DNA of 64,000 nucleotides from Felis catus (GCF_018350175.1 NC_058373.1:102612001-102676000); one strand, 5' to 3'. Shown: positions 11,100 to 23,957, counted from the first letter of the stretch. Numbers and translations are program-made. The notes: generated by a model from the letters alone, not told the origin.

Positions 11100-11622
11100 C
11101 TTTTTAAAAAATGTTTATTTATTTTTAGAGAGAGAGAGAGAGAGAGAGTGAGAGAGAATGAATGAGGGAGGGGCAGAGAGAGGGAGAGAGAGAATCCCAA
11201 GCAGGTTCCGCACTGTCAGCACAGAGCCCAACGTGGGACTCAATCCCACGAACGGTGAGATTATGACCTGAGCTGAAATCAAGAGTCAGACCCTTAACTG
11301 ACTGGGCCACCCAGGTGCCCTTAGTTTTTCCCCTTTCTTTAAGCTATTAGTAACATACTACACTGTCTACTGGACTGTGCTTTTAAATATTTCTAATCTG
11401 AGGCGCCTGGGTGGCCCAGTCAGTTAAGCGTCCGACTTCAGCCAGGTCACCATCTCCCGGTCCGTGAGTTCGAGCCCCGCGTCGGACTCTGGGCTGATGG
11501 CTCGGAGCCTGGAGCCTGTTTCCGATTCTGTGTCTCCCTCTCTCTCTGCCCCTCCCCCGTTCATGCTCTGTCTCTCTCTGTCCCAAAAATAAATAAACGT
11601 TGAAAAAAAATAAAAAAAAAAC
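11100..11622. mobile_element. Two divergent Can-SINEs: 11100-11320 (-) and young 11400-11622 (+)
   Basis: TSDs ccttagtttttccc and atttctaatct. Confidence 0.92.
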
Positions 11623-11759
11623 ATTTCTAATCTACCCACCTTGGTAATTATTTACATATATGTTTAGAACTCCGTCTTCTTTAGAAGGGCCACAATCTTT
11701 TATTTATGTCTATACCATAATTTACTTAATCCCTCACTGATATTGATATTTCCAGTATT

Positions 11760-12600
11760 TTTTTTTAAAGTCAAGATGATTGAGGTAATACATGTCATGA
11801 ATTTTCCCTTTTATGTTCACAACACTATGAATTTGGTAGATGTATCAGAGTTTCATCACTCTAGAAGCGCCTTAGGGCAGCTTTGTAGACAGTCCCCTGC
11901 ATTCATCCCCAGTCCCTGGCAACCACTCATCTGCTTTCTGTTGTTATATTTTGCCTTTTCCAAAATATCACATAAATGGAATCATTTAGGGTGCAGCCTT
12001 TGAGTCTGATTTATTTCATTGAGCACAACACAACTGAGATTTATCTGTGCATGTATCAATGGTTGGTTCCTTTTATTACCGAGTTATATTCCATTGTATG
12101 GATATACCACAGTTTTTTAAATCCATTCACCAATCATAAGACATTGGGTTATTTCCAGTTTGGGGTAAATATGAATAAATTTGCTATTATTGCATGCTGG
12201 TGTTTACGTGGACATGTTTTTATTTCTCTTCGGTAAACATGTAGAAGTGGGATTACTGGGTTCTATGCAAGTTTATGTTTGACTTAGTGAACAATTCTCC
12301 ACCTGGTTTCCAAAGTGACTATACCACTCTGTTTCCTCACCAACAATACATGCATGCTCGCCTGCATTTCGTATGGTCAGTTGTTTTTATCTTAGCCATT
12401 TTGATAGGTATATACAGTTTGTCTACTAAAATAGCGCTACAATGAATATCCTTATACACATATCCTTTGTAATTAAGTGTGAGTATATTAGTAAGATTCA
12501 TTCTTAGAACAAGACCTGTTGGGTCAAGGGGTGTGAAAGATTGATCGTATAGTGTCAAACAGCCTTCTGGGAAAGTGGAGCCTATTAGGCATGGCAGTGT
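11760..12600 (-). mobile_element. Old L1M 3' region
   Basis: tattccattgtatggatataccacagtttttt...gttatttccagtttgggg. Confidence 0.8.
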
Positions 12601-12944
12601 CTGTTTCTTCCATCCTTAACAACAGTGTGTTACTCAATCTCAGTACTGGTTTTTAAGTGAAATTTTACTTTAGATAATTGCTATGTGACTATCTATCTAC
12701 CTCATCGGCTGTTCATGAAGACTTAATGTAAAGCTTTTAGAACAGTCTTCGCTGCACAGAGAGTGGCAGAGGATATTCATTATTGTATGATCCTTGTTGC
12801 CAATCAATTAAACACATTATTTGCCTCTCTCTCTGAGTTCTTTGTCAGCGTATTCAGGAGTGCATTTCTGGGGAAATCTCAAATGTTCTATTTATGCTGG
12901 CCAGGAATTCAGGCACTGTGTTGTCGTTGTTATTTATTAGCGAA

Positions 12945-13846
12945 CTTTATTTTTTAGAGTAAATTCAGGTTCATAGCAAAATTGAGTGGAAAGTACTGAG
13001 AGTTCCCATACACCTCTTCCCTCCTGTCCCATAACCTCCCTCACTATCAACATCCCCCACTGAAGTGGTACATTTGTTACAACTGATGAACCTACATTTA
13101 TACATTATCACCCAGGGTTACATCAGGGTTCACTCTTGGTGTTGCACATTCTACAGGTTTTGACAAATGTGTAATGGTATGTATGCACCATTGTAGTGCA
13201 TACATATGGAATAGTTTCATTGCCCTAAAAAATCCTCTGGCTTTTTCCCCTTGTTTATCTGCTGATTTATCCCTCCCTTTCCCCTAACCCCTGCCAATCA
13301 CTGATCTTTTTATTCTCTCCTTAGTTTTGCCTTTTCCAGAATGTCAGAGAGTTGGAATCATACAGTATGTAGTCTTTTCAGATCGGCTTCTTTCACTTAG
13401 TGATATGCATTTAAGTTTTCCCCATGACTTTGTAAGGCTTGATAGCTCTTTTTTTTTTTTTTTTTTTAGCACTGAATAATGTCCCATTGTTTGGACACAC
13501 CAGTTTATTTATCCACTCACCTGGTAAAGAACATCTTGGTTGCTTCCAAGTTTCAGCAATTATGAAAAAAGCTGCTATAAACATCCATGTGCAGATTTTT
13601 GTGTGGACATAAGTTTTTCAGTTCATTTGGGTGAATACCAAGGAATGCGATTGCTGGATCTTATGGTAAGAGTATGTTTAGTTTTGTAAGAAACTGCCAA
13701 ACTATCTCCCAAAGTAGCTGTACTATTTTTTCATTCCCACTAGATTTCTGTTCCTGTTGCTCACATCCTTGACAGCATTTGGTGCTGTCAGTGTTTTGGA
13801 TTTTGGCCATCCTGATAGGTATATAGTTGTGATCTAATGGGGAGGG

Positions 13847-13889
<43 letters not shown>

Positions 13890-15085
13890 GCATATATGTA
13901 TATATATATACACACATGTATATATGCATATGTATATATATACATGCCAGTTCCTGGCACCGAGCTTTGAAAACCCTTGTAATTTCCTAAGTAATAAGAG
14001 CACTAGGAGCACTTTTTGTTCTAATATTTGCTCTTTTATCCCCATTCCTGATACTAGCCTTCTAAATCCCTTGGCGTTTCCTGGGTGATAGAAGTATCTT
14101 TTGTTCTAGTGAGGCAACTCTTGGTGGGTTTCTGGAAGGGAGCTGGTCGCCAGAAAGATCAAGAAGATCTTATTAGATCTTATTAGAAGATTGTGATTTT
14201 CAGCCCAACCCCCCCTTCTACAGAGAGGAGAGAAGGGCTGGAAATGGAGTTAATCACCAATCATGCCTAAGTGAGGAAGCCTCCATAAAAACCCCAAAAG
14301 TATGTGGGTCAAAGAGGTTCCAGGATGGTGATCACACGGAGGTGTGAATAGAGTGGTACCCCAAGAAGACATTCCACTCCCCTTCCCACATTCCTTAACC
14401 TATGAATCTCTTCCACCTGGATGTTCATCTGTATCCTTTATCATATCCTCTTATAATAAACTGGCAAACAGTAAGTTTTTTCCTGAGTTCCGTGAACTGC
14501 TCTAGCAAGCTAATTGAACCCAAAGAGGGAGTGGCGAGAACCTCTGGTCTATAGCCAATGGATCAGAAGCACAGGTGAAAATCCAATCTTGGCAATTGGA
14601 ATCTGAAGTTGGGGGGAGGTGGTGCTGTGGGAGCTGATGTTGTTTCCAGAGAAATAGTGTCATATTTGAGTTCAATTGTAGGACTCTCAGCTGGTGTCAC
14701 AGAGAATTGCTAGTTGGGAAAACACGCCCCATACACACCTGATGTCAGTGTTGTGAGTGTGGCAGTAGTACGAGAGAAAAACAGACACACAGGAAGAGAA
14801 TTGAGTTTTTCCTACACAGTAGTGATATCTCATTGTTGTTTTAATTTACATTTGTCTGATGACGTGATGTGGAGCATCTTTTCATAGGCTTACTTGCCAT
14901 TGGTATATCTTCTTTGGTAGGGTGTCTGGTAAGGTCTTTTGTTAATTTTTAAAATCAGGCTGTTTGTTTTCTTATTGTTGGGTTTTAAGAATTCTTTGTA
15001 CCTTTTGGATAATAGCCCTTTATCAGATGTGTCTTTTGCAAATATTTTCTCCCTGTCAATGGCTAGTCTTCTCATTTTCTTGGCT
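12945..15085 (-). mobile_element. L1M 3' end and ORF2 tail, interrupted by an LTR at 13829-14816
   Basis: L1 sequence ctgataggtatatagt resumes as agtgatatctcattgttgtt after the LTR; ORF 14890..15075 is ORF2-like (EKIFAKDTSDKGLLSK). Confidence 0.85.
13829..14816. mobile_element. Solo LTR, MER21-like, with internal (CA)n/(TA)n tract at 13848-13942
   Basis: TG...CA termini; gttcctggcaccgagctttgaaaacccttgtaatttcctaag; AATAAA near 14455. Confidence 0.7.
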
Positions 15086-15530
15086 CTTTTATTTTCTTTT
15101 TTAAAAATGTTTATTTATTTTTGAGAGAGAAAGAGACAGAGCGTAAGCAGGGGAGGGGCAGAGAGAGAGGGAGACATAGAATCCAAAGCAGGTTCCAGGC
15201 TCTGAGCCATCAGCACAGAGCCCGACACCGGGCTCAGACCCACAGAACCGTGAGATCATGACCGGAGCCACAGTTGGATGCTTAACCAACTGAGCCACCC
15301 AGGAACCCCTTGACTATTTTATTTTCTTTTTTACTATTTAAAAAAAATTTTTTAAATGTTTATTTTTGAGAGACAGAGAGAGTGTAAGCAGGGGAGGAGC
15401 AGAGAGAGAGGGAGACACAGAATCCAAAGCAGGGTCCAGGATCTGAGTTGTCAGCACTGAGCCCAGCATGGGGTTCGAACCATGAGATCATGATCTGAGC
15501 CAAAGTCAGACGTTGAACCGACTCTTTTAT
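15086..15530 (-). mobile_element. Two tandem Can-SINEs
   Basis: Two cores at ~15090-15310 and ~15330-15525, separated by a repeated ct(c/a)ttttattttc target. Confidence 0.88.
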
Positions 15531-15932
15531 TTTCAAATTGTTCCTTTCTCACTTAGCAGTGCATCTTCTACTTGATTATTTTTCATATCAGGCTCCATTC
15601 TGAGAGGGTTGCTTGCTTGGCACGCATGTTGTGGGCATAGGCTGGCTCTTTTGGGTTCAGATTATTCTCTTTAATACTTGTAGACATTCTTTAGTTAGGG
15701 CTCTGAAAGATAAGAGGAAGATTAGTTGAGATTATTGAATCCCATATTATGAAATAATCTATGTGCATGTATAGCTTAGGTATAACTATACAGTATGTAT
15801 AGAGTTGTAATTTGCAGATATAATTAAATATGACTCTAATTTTTTCTATTTTCTGCATAGTACTTATCTCCAGTTGAAACATATGGTGTTTTTTTTCTTT
15901 TTCTTTTTTTTTTTTTTGTTTTTTTTTGTTTT

Positions 15933-16212
15933 TCTTGGAGCTTGACTACCCTACGTTCTCCTACAAATGGACCTTGAGAGCTTGTTTGGAGGTTCTAGCA
16001 GGGGAGCGCAGCTACTCGTATACCCTTGACCGAAGAACGGTCCTCCTCTATCGGGGAAGGTCGTCCTCTTCGACCCAGCGCGCAGCTTCGGGAGGGACGC
16101 ACATGGAGCGGTGAGGGAGGAAGGGGACACCCGCCTAGCCAGCCAGATCAGCCAAATCAACCCTGGCGATCAATGGGGTGACAGATGTCGCAGCCAGATC
16201 GCCCTCACATCC
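15933..16212 (-). pseudogene. RN7SK: 7SK snRNA retropseudogene, intact 5' end, last ~50 nt missing, A-tail 15898-15932
   Basis: Reverse complement begins GGATGTGAGGGCGATCTGGCTGCGACATCTGTCACCCCATTGATCGCCAGGG and follows 7SK to GTAGGGTAGTCAAGCTCCAAGA. Confidence 0.97.
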
Positions 16213-16221
16213 TTTTTTTTC

Positions 16222-16434
16222 CATTTTTTTAACGTTTATTTATTTTTGAGAGAGAGACACAGAGCATGAGTGGGCAGGGGCAGAGAGAGAGAGAGGGAGA
16301 CACAGAATCTGAAGCAGGCTCCAGGCTCCTAGCTGTCAGCACAGAGCCTGATGCGGGGCTCAGACTTCTGGACCGTGAGATCATGACCTGAACTGAGCTC
16401 AGATGCTCAACTGACTGAGCCACCCAGGCGCCCT
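16222..16434 (-). mobile_element. Can-SINE whose tail abuts the 7SK 5' end
   Basis: Full head, (GA)n, T-tract. Confidence 0.92.
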
Positions 16435-17254
16435 CAAGCATATATTTTTGCTCATTTATTTTCTACCTCTTCCAATAAAATGGAAGTGCTAAGATTTTAA
16501 GGAATTGTTTTGTTCACCACTGTGAACCTAAAACAGCATCTGTCACATAGTAGGTGCATGTTCATATCTGATAAATAAATTTATGAAGAAATTAATCTGG
16601 AGTCCTGTATCCTTTAGATATTGGTGAGACCTTAAGGCAGCTGTGGCTAAGGGAAATGTATCTGCCTTGGTTCTGAGCCATTCTCTTGTCTGTTTGTCTT
16701 CAGATCTGCCTGTACCTGTCTTCAGATCTGTTCTGTATCCAGTGATGATTGCATCACTTTCTATTGTCAGAGCAGCAGCCCTCCTTGCAGGGAATCCTTT
16801 TTTCCCCTGTGTGAAATGGCTCAGAGTGCAGATTTAAAGTGCAGCGTATCCAAGAACTGTACTTTTAAGGCTCTTGTTATAATATATGTGACTCTAATTC
16901 TGCAAAACCCTTGCTACAGCTGCCAAGAAATGCCCCTGAATTCTGGCAGCCATCAATCGCCTTCTGCAAGGGCTATGACAACTGGAAGAGTTTCAGCAGG
17001 AAGAGAACAAGTTTCAGTCTTGGGCCGCCCGGAAAATTCCCCTTTTGACTCCCTCCACTCAAGAGACTTCCTTACCATTGTCATCTTGGCCATCTCAACC
17101 ATAATTGGCCGAGTGAGGAATAGAATACAGCACCTTGCTGGGGTTGTTATTAACTATGCCAGGCAAACATATGGTGTAGTAGGCATAGTAAAAGGAACTT
17201 ATTGTATGGTAATAGATTAAATCTCATTAATATTACTTAGGGGTAATACTTAGG

Positions 17255-18016
17255 AAATCTGTATGTAAAAAATTACCAAAGAAGATATACAAATGGCCAA
17301 TAAGCACATGAAAAGATGCTCAACGTCAGCAATCATTAGGAAAATGCAAACCAAAACTACAAAGACATGCCACTTCACATCCTAATGGATGGCTGTTAAA
17401 AATTTATTTTTAATTTTATTTTATTAATGTTTATTTATTTTTGAGAGAGTGAGAGAGACAGAGTGCGAGCAGGGGAAGTGCAGAGAGAGAGAGAGAGAGG
17501 GAGACACAGACTCCAAAGCAGGCTCCAGGCTCTGAGCTGTCAGCACAGAGCCCCACATGGGGCTTGAACTCACAGACCGTGAGATTATCACCTGACCTGA
17601 AGTCGGACACTTAACTGACTGAGCCACCCAAGTGCCCCATGTTATAAAAAATTTTTAAAGAAGAAAATAATAAGTGTCAGCAAAGATGTGGAGAAATTGG
17701 AACACTTATGCATTGTTGGCAGGAAGGTAAAATTGTATTATAGCCACCGTGGAAACCAGTACGGCAGGCAGCTCCTCAAAAAATGAAATATACAATTACC
17801 ACATAGCCCAGGAATTACACTTCTTCTAGGCAGACACTCCAAACAATTGACACAAGTACTCAAACAGATACTTGTAAATCAATGTTTAACACAGTAGTAT
17901 TCACAATAGTTAAAGATGGAATTAATTAATGTAAACATCCATCAAGAGATGAATGAACAAAATATGGTACATACACTCAATGGAATATTATTTAGCCATA
18001 AAAAGGAATGAAATTC
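17255..18016 (+). mobile_element. L1M ORF2 end, interrupted by a Can-SINE (17400-17638, -)
   Basis: gaagatatacaaatggccaataagcacatgaaaagatgctcaac ... atggaatattatttagccataaaaaggaatg. Confidence 0.88.
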
Positions 18017-18545
18017 TGGGGCGCCTGGGTGGCTCAGTTAAGTGTCCAACTTCAGCTCAGATCATGATGTCACGGTTCGCGAGTTGCAGCCCCACGTCTG
18101 GCTCTGTGCTGACAGCCTGGAGCCTGCTTTGGATTCTGTGTCTCCCTCTCTCTCTGCTCCTGCCCCACTCATGCTCTGTCTCTCTTTCTCTCAAAAATAA
18201 ATAAACATTTTTTTAAAAATTGTAAAAAGGAATGAAATTCTTTTTCTCTTTTATTTTTTTGACACAGAGAGAGAGGGAGAATGTGAGTGGGGGAGGGGCA
18301 GAGGAAGAGGGAGAGAGAATCTTAAACAAACTGTGCCCTGTGGGTGGAGCTCTATCCCAGGACCGTGAGCTCATGACCTGAGCTGAAATCAAGAGTTGGA
18401 CACTTAACTGACTGAGCCACCCAGGTGCCCCAAGCATCTGACTCTTGATCTCAGCTCAGGTCTTGATCTTAGGGTCGTGAGTTCAAACCCCATGCTGGCT
18501 CCGCACTGGGCCTGAAGCCTACTTAAAAAAAAAAAAAAAAAGAAA
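18017..18545. mobile_element. Can-SINE cluster: 18017-18223 (+), 18241-18431 (-), partial 18432-18545 (+)
   Basis: TSD aaaaggaatgaaattct around the first; cores visible. Confidence 0.88.
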
Positions 18546-18639
18546 GATTAAAAATTTACATTATATATAGCTGGATCTGTCTCCACATTAAAAGTGTAAA
18601 TGAGAAATAAGTAACAATAGGAGTAAACACCTGTAATAT

Positions 18640-18870
18640 ACTTGCTGTTTGTCAGCACTTTTCTAAGTGCTTTGAATATAGTCATTTCATCCTGCCAACA
18701 GCCAATAATGAGACAGGTTCCATTATTTTCTCTAATTTACAGCTAAGGAAATAGAGGCAGAGAAAGGTCAAATAACTCGCAAAGCATCACACAGCTAGTA
18801 AGTGGCGAGGCCATATCAAACCCAGGCCCATTAGAGAGACTCTTCCCCTTAATGACTGTGGCACCCTGCC
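18640..18870 (-). mobile_element. MIR
   Basis: tttacagctaaggaaatagaggcagagaaaggtcaaataactcgc...acacagctagtaagtggc. Confidence 0.75.
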
Positions 18871-19619
18871 TCCATAGTCCTGTAATATACTAATATGAGT
18901 GCTAAGCTAACACAAAGGGCCTCAGTGAGAAAATGTAGCCCTGCCCTATACCACAAATGAAGCAGTTAGCTGAATGTGATGCAGTTTCTTCATTTCCTCA
19001 TTTGACAAGTTCTGACTTCTGAGAGGGCTTGAGGCCTTTGAGGAGTGAGGAGCAGATTAATTCTAAACCATTCCTGTGATTGGACTCGCAGATCATTTGT
19101 TACAATACTGATGTGCATCCCGCGTGGCTATCCTCTGGGATATGCTTAATTTTTAAATTACAACATGAGCATTTCATTTTGTATTGGCTGGTACAAAGTA
19201 AATGGAGCAAGCAGAAGCCAGCTGATTTCCAGAGAGGCAGAAAGCTGAAAAACCGCAACTGAGAGTCATTTCGTCCTTATAGTCTAGGCCATTCTCTCAC
19301 AGAAGTACACAAAAATCAGCATTGAGAGGCCATTCTGGCACTTCCATCTCTGGAGGACATGTGCTCCAGAAAGGAGAGCGGTAGATGCTGGGGTATGTGC
19401 TGGGAACTCCCTGCGAGTTTTGTGGTCGTTGCTGTGCTTTGCGGCGATTTCAGAGTCTCTCCGCTTAGAGTAGCAAAATGGAGTCCAGTCCTCATATTCA
19501 AAATTACCTTACCTTATAGAAGCCATCATCTGCGAAACTTTTTAAATTTTTGTTGCTATCATAGCAGTAATTGAGAGCTTACTAAGTGCCAGGCACTCTG
19601 CTAAGCACTTGAAGTATCT

Positions 19620-19827
19620 GGGGTGGCTCACTCGGTTGAGCATCAGACTCTTGATTTCCGCTCAGGTCATGATCCCACCAGGGTCATGGGATCGAGCCCC
19701 ACCTTGGCTCCACTGTGAGCTTGGAGACTGAGATTCTCTCTCTCTCTCCCTCTGTCCCTCTCCCCTGCTTTCGCTCTCTTTCTCTCTCTCAAATAAAAAA
19801 AGGCAAAAAAAAAAAAAAAAAAAAAAA
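19620..19827 (+). mobile_element. Can-SINE inserted in a MIR
   Basis: TSD aagcacttgaagtatct on both sides. Confidence 0.92.
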
Positions 19828-20504
19828 AGCACTTGAAGTATCTTGTCTCACCTCCCCACCCTCGGAGAGTGGAATTCTTACCTGCATTTTACCTGTGAGT
19901 AGGCCCAGGAAGGTTAGGACTGCCCAAGTCCACATATCCACAAAGAGAGCCAGGATGCAAACCAGGTGTCCTGATTCTGTTGCTTAGTTATGATTTTTGT
20001 TTTACAATAACACGCACTTTTCATTAATTCTCTGATAGATGAAGAAAATAAAAAGTAGGATTTTATTAAGCTGAACGATGTGGAAGGGCTGTTTTTGTAT
20101 GTCAAAATAGTAAAATATTGGCAATTGCACAGAATTCAATCTAACAATTCATAATTGATCAACTGATGAATTTTCTTTTTCATATCCTGAACAGGCTAAT
20201 GGACTAATTATGCACAAAGCTATGAATTGCTGATAAGTTTTGGAAACACAGGTGTCCCTTAATAACTCTGTTGGAACCCTGAGACCACTCTCCTCCATAT
20301 AAACTTTACAGAAAAGGAAGTCTGTAGAGGAAGCAGAGTTACCAAGACCTTCATTCTTGGTTGGCCACCTATGGGCAGAAAAAACGCAGTCTCTATACTG
20401 CCCTTTTGGGGAGGTGATGGGACATGTCTGTGATGGGATGCTCCAGGTTTTTAGTGTCTCTCCTCTCCACATAACAAATCCTTGCATTATTTAAAGTATT
20501 AAAG

Positions 20505-20592
20505 TTTGGGGAGTGCCTCTCCACTTGCCAGATGAAGTGCTGTCCGATTCATCCATTGTTTAATAAAGCCAATTAGATCTTCAAAAAATATA
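20505..20592 (+). mobile_element. Short retrotransposed 3'-end fragment of unknown origin
   Basis: Perfect 13-bp TSD taaagtattaaag (20492-20504, 20593-20605); AATAAA 20562-20567; short A-tail. Confidence 0.75.
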
Positions 20593-20819
20593 TAAAGTAT
20601 TAAAGGTTGCTTCTGAATATCTCTTTACTTCATTATTCGGTAAGTGTTCATTATAATGTAGACACACATACCCTGTACATGTACATATTTGCATAGTTTA
20701 CTTAAAAGTTGATTACGAGGACACTGCTTCAAAACAGTATTTCTCTCTTCCTTCTCATTGATGCCAAAGTAGCCCGAAATAGGGCTTTACAACAATACAA
20801 TAGAAGATTGAAGTTTTTT

Positions 20820-21160
20820 AAATGGAAAGAAATTCGGACACATACTACGATGTGCATGAACCTTGAGGACATTATGCTAAAAAAACCAAGTCACAAAATT
20901 GTAATGTATGATTTTGTTTCTGTGAGGTATCTAGAATAATCAAACTCCTAGAAAGCAGAATGGTGGTTGCTAGAGGCTTGGGGGAAGGGGAAAACGGGTT
21001 GTTATTGTTCGATGAGTGTAGAGGTTCAGTTTTGTAAGATGCAAAAGTTCAGGAGATTGGTCGCACAACAACATGAATATACTTAACACTGCTAAACTGC
21101 ACACTCAAAAATGGTTGAGATGATAAGTTTTGTTATGTGTATTTTACTACAATTTTTAAA
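20820..21160 (+). mobile_element. L1MB-like 3' end
   Basis: atgaaccttgaggacattatgcta...gtattttactacaatttttaaaa. Confidence 0.85.
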
Positions 21161-21317
21161 AGAGACAAGTTTTTAAAAGTCCAGCTTTACCAAACTTTGT
21201 TATTAGTACATGGGAAGATGTGTGACTTCTCTATGACAATTCTTTTAGAATGCGAAATAAAGGCAGCCATTAATTCCTCTTTTAAAGCCAGTCCTTGAAG
21301 AAAAAAAGGCGGGGGGA

Positions 21318-21515
21318 GGGTGTGCCTGGGTGGCTCAGTTGGTCAAGTGCCTGACTTCAGCTCAAGTCATGATCTCATGGTTCCTGGGTTCGAGCCCCGC
21401 TTGGGCTCTGTGCTGACAGCCCGGAACCTGAAGCCTGCTTCAGTTTGTGTCTTCCTCTCTCTCTGCCCATCCCCACCCCCCCCCCCCAAAAGTAAACATT
21501 AAAAAAAAACCCAAA
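21318..21515 (+). mobile_element. Can-SINE
   Basis: TSD ccagtccttgaag. Confidence 0.85.
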
Positions 21516-22734
21516 ACCCAGTCCTTGAAGACTATAGAGCTTTCTGAATAGAAAAAGCTAGTGAACCATTTTTCACATAATGCCAGATTTGCCACATTTT
21601 ACCTGTAAGCATTTGCAGAGTTTGAATGCAATAGTTGTATGTTCCTTCCAGAACAAACATGGGGCTATAAAAACACATTTACTTCTATCAGTTTAATGGC
21701 CTAAGGCAGAATTTTGTACTGTTAGCTGTTTTTTGAAAGCATAGCAATGCTGAACGCAAGATTTTTTATCCTTCTCTCTATGCCCAAAAACCTTAATGAG
21801 TAGTTTCATGAAAATAGAGACCAGATTTATATCTTACATTAACTTTAATACTGCTAACTGCACGTGCACTATAGGTATTTGCTTTCTTTTTTCTTTTTTG
21901 GGGGGGCTGTTGTTGAAGTGACAGGAAGTTATACCTTTGTTCTTAAAATGGAGAAGAATCAGGAATATTCCATGTAACTATTTGGCAACACTTAAGTGTT
22001 GCTAATACTGTGTAAATGGATACTCAGTGAACAAAGGTACAGGTGTAAAGGGTGAGAGCTTAAGAGAAGTCACAGGTATTTTACAAGAATAAGGTAATTA
22101 TTATGTGTCAAAATTAAGGAGCTCAGAGAGTCAAATGCAATTGAAAAAAGAGCACAAAGGTACTAACCATAATTAAGAAGCTTCAAGATCAAAGAATCTA
22201 AATAAGATCTTAAAAGCCTTCGAGGTAAATTCCCTAGGTCAGGACTATGGGATACATGCTTTGTTTTATTATTCTGTGTTTCATACTATGTATTTAATGT
22301 AAATACTGAATATTTATTACAGAGATACTTCCCTGGAGGTGGGGAAGCTGTCAGTGAAAATCCTGAGGCCAATCTTCTACAGTTACCCTTTTTTGCCTTT
22401 GAAAAGTTTCTATTTTTCCAGTTCTTTCTTTCTGTAAATCATATTTTACATGATTGTGACCTTGTTGTTTTATTATCTCATTTTATTACTAATCAATAAC
22501 CATGAGTGATTAAAACTGTCTTTTCAATTGATCAGTTTTAAATAATGCCTCATCAATGACTACTCATTATTGAGTTAGCTCATAAATCATTTGAAGTTGT
22601 GATCAGCTCCTTATTAGAGGAGTCAAACAAATAGGGGTTCATTTTCCTCACTGTAAAAAATCCAGAGGTTTATGGCTAATGACATTGGCTGAGCAGCGTA
22701 TATCGTTGTTGGACCACTGTTTGGGTCTGGACAT

Positions 22735-23408
22735 CAGACTTTTGGGTCCAGAACCTCTTTACATTATTAAAAATTAATGAGGCACCTAGGTGACTCAGAT
22801 GGTTAAGCGTCCAACTTTGGCTCAGGTCATGATCTCATGGTTCATGGGTTTGAACCTCACATCAGGCTCTGTGCTGACAACTCAGAGCCTGAAGCCTGTT
22901 TCAGATTCTGTGTCTCCCTCCTTCTCTGCCCCTCCCCTACTCGCACTCTGTCTCTCTCTCTCAAAAATAAATAAACATTTAAAAAAATATTTTTTAATTA
23001 TTGAAGCTCCCCAAAAGGCTTTTGTTTATGTGGGTTGTATCTTGATATTTACCATGAAAGAGAACTTATGAATTAAAAAAGTTATTTACTAATTCATTTG
23101 AAAATAATGATAAGCCCATTACATACTGACATGTTTTTTATGAAAAATAACTATACTTTCAAAACAAAAAGAAAATCAGCCAGAAGATTTGCATTGTTTT
23201 GCAAATTTCTTTAATCTCTGGCTTAATAAAGAACAAGTAGCTTCTCTGATCTTCTGCAGTCAATTTGTCGGTCATTTGGTTGTAGTGTAGGAGGGAAATC
23301 TGGTCTCACACAGGTATGTGGTTGGAAAAGAGATGACCTTGAGAATCCCCTGAAAGGGCCTGAGGGAACCTGAGGTCCTTGGAGGACCTCACACTTTGAG
23401 AACCACTG
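22735..23408. mobile_element. hAT Charlie1-like element containing a Can-SINE (22780-22995, +)
   Basis: cagaacctctttacattattaaaaatta|ttgaagctccccaaaaggcttttgtttatgtggg; terminus cactttgagaaccactg. Confidence 0.7.
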
Positions 23409-23738
23409 GATTTGGTGATTCTTTTTCCTTATGTTTGTTGACTCTTACTGAAAAGATGACTATTATACCTCTGATTGTTGTTTTCAAAGCAGAAAGAAGA
23501 GGAAAAAGTATAGGGTTTTCTCATAAGGCATTTCTTCTCAGTAGATTTACCCTCATCTCACTGATCATAACTGGATAGTAAACCAATATGAGACCAATCA
23601 TGAACCAAGGGGGTGGGGTGAGAAGATCCTGAGTGATTTAGAACTGGGTCTACCCTAGGGCTGGGGTAGGATTTATTGGGACTAAGAGATCTCCCTCAGT
23701 TTAGGGTTACCAGAATTAGCAATTAAAAACAGGACGTC

Positions 23739-23957
23739 TGGGGCGCCTGGGTGGCTTGGTCGGTTAAGCGTCCGACTTCGGCTCAGGTGATAATCTCACA
23801 GTCCGTGAGTTTGGGCCCCGCGTCGGGTCTGTGCTGACAGCTCAGAGCCTGGAGCCTGTTTCGGATTCTGTGTCTCCCTCTCTCTCTGCCCCTCCCCTGT
23901 TCATGCTCTGTCTCTCTCTGTCTCAAAAATAAATAAACCTTAAAAAAAATTTTTTTT
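23739..23957 (+). mobile_element. Young Can-SINE inside a MER53-like hAT relic (23702-23990)
   Basis: TSD aaacaggacgtct/aaacaggatgtct; host tagggttaccagaattagcaa...aattaaatttgaatttcaga. Confidence 0.9.

Noticed and set aside
15926..16160. ORFs over 7SK, or a functional 7SK gene
   Set aside because: RNA retrocopy with an A-tail, no 3' hairpin or terminator, and a SINE in place of the upstream promoter
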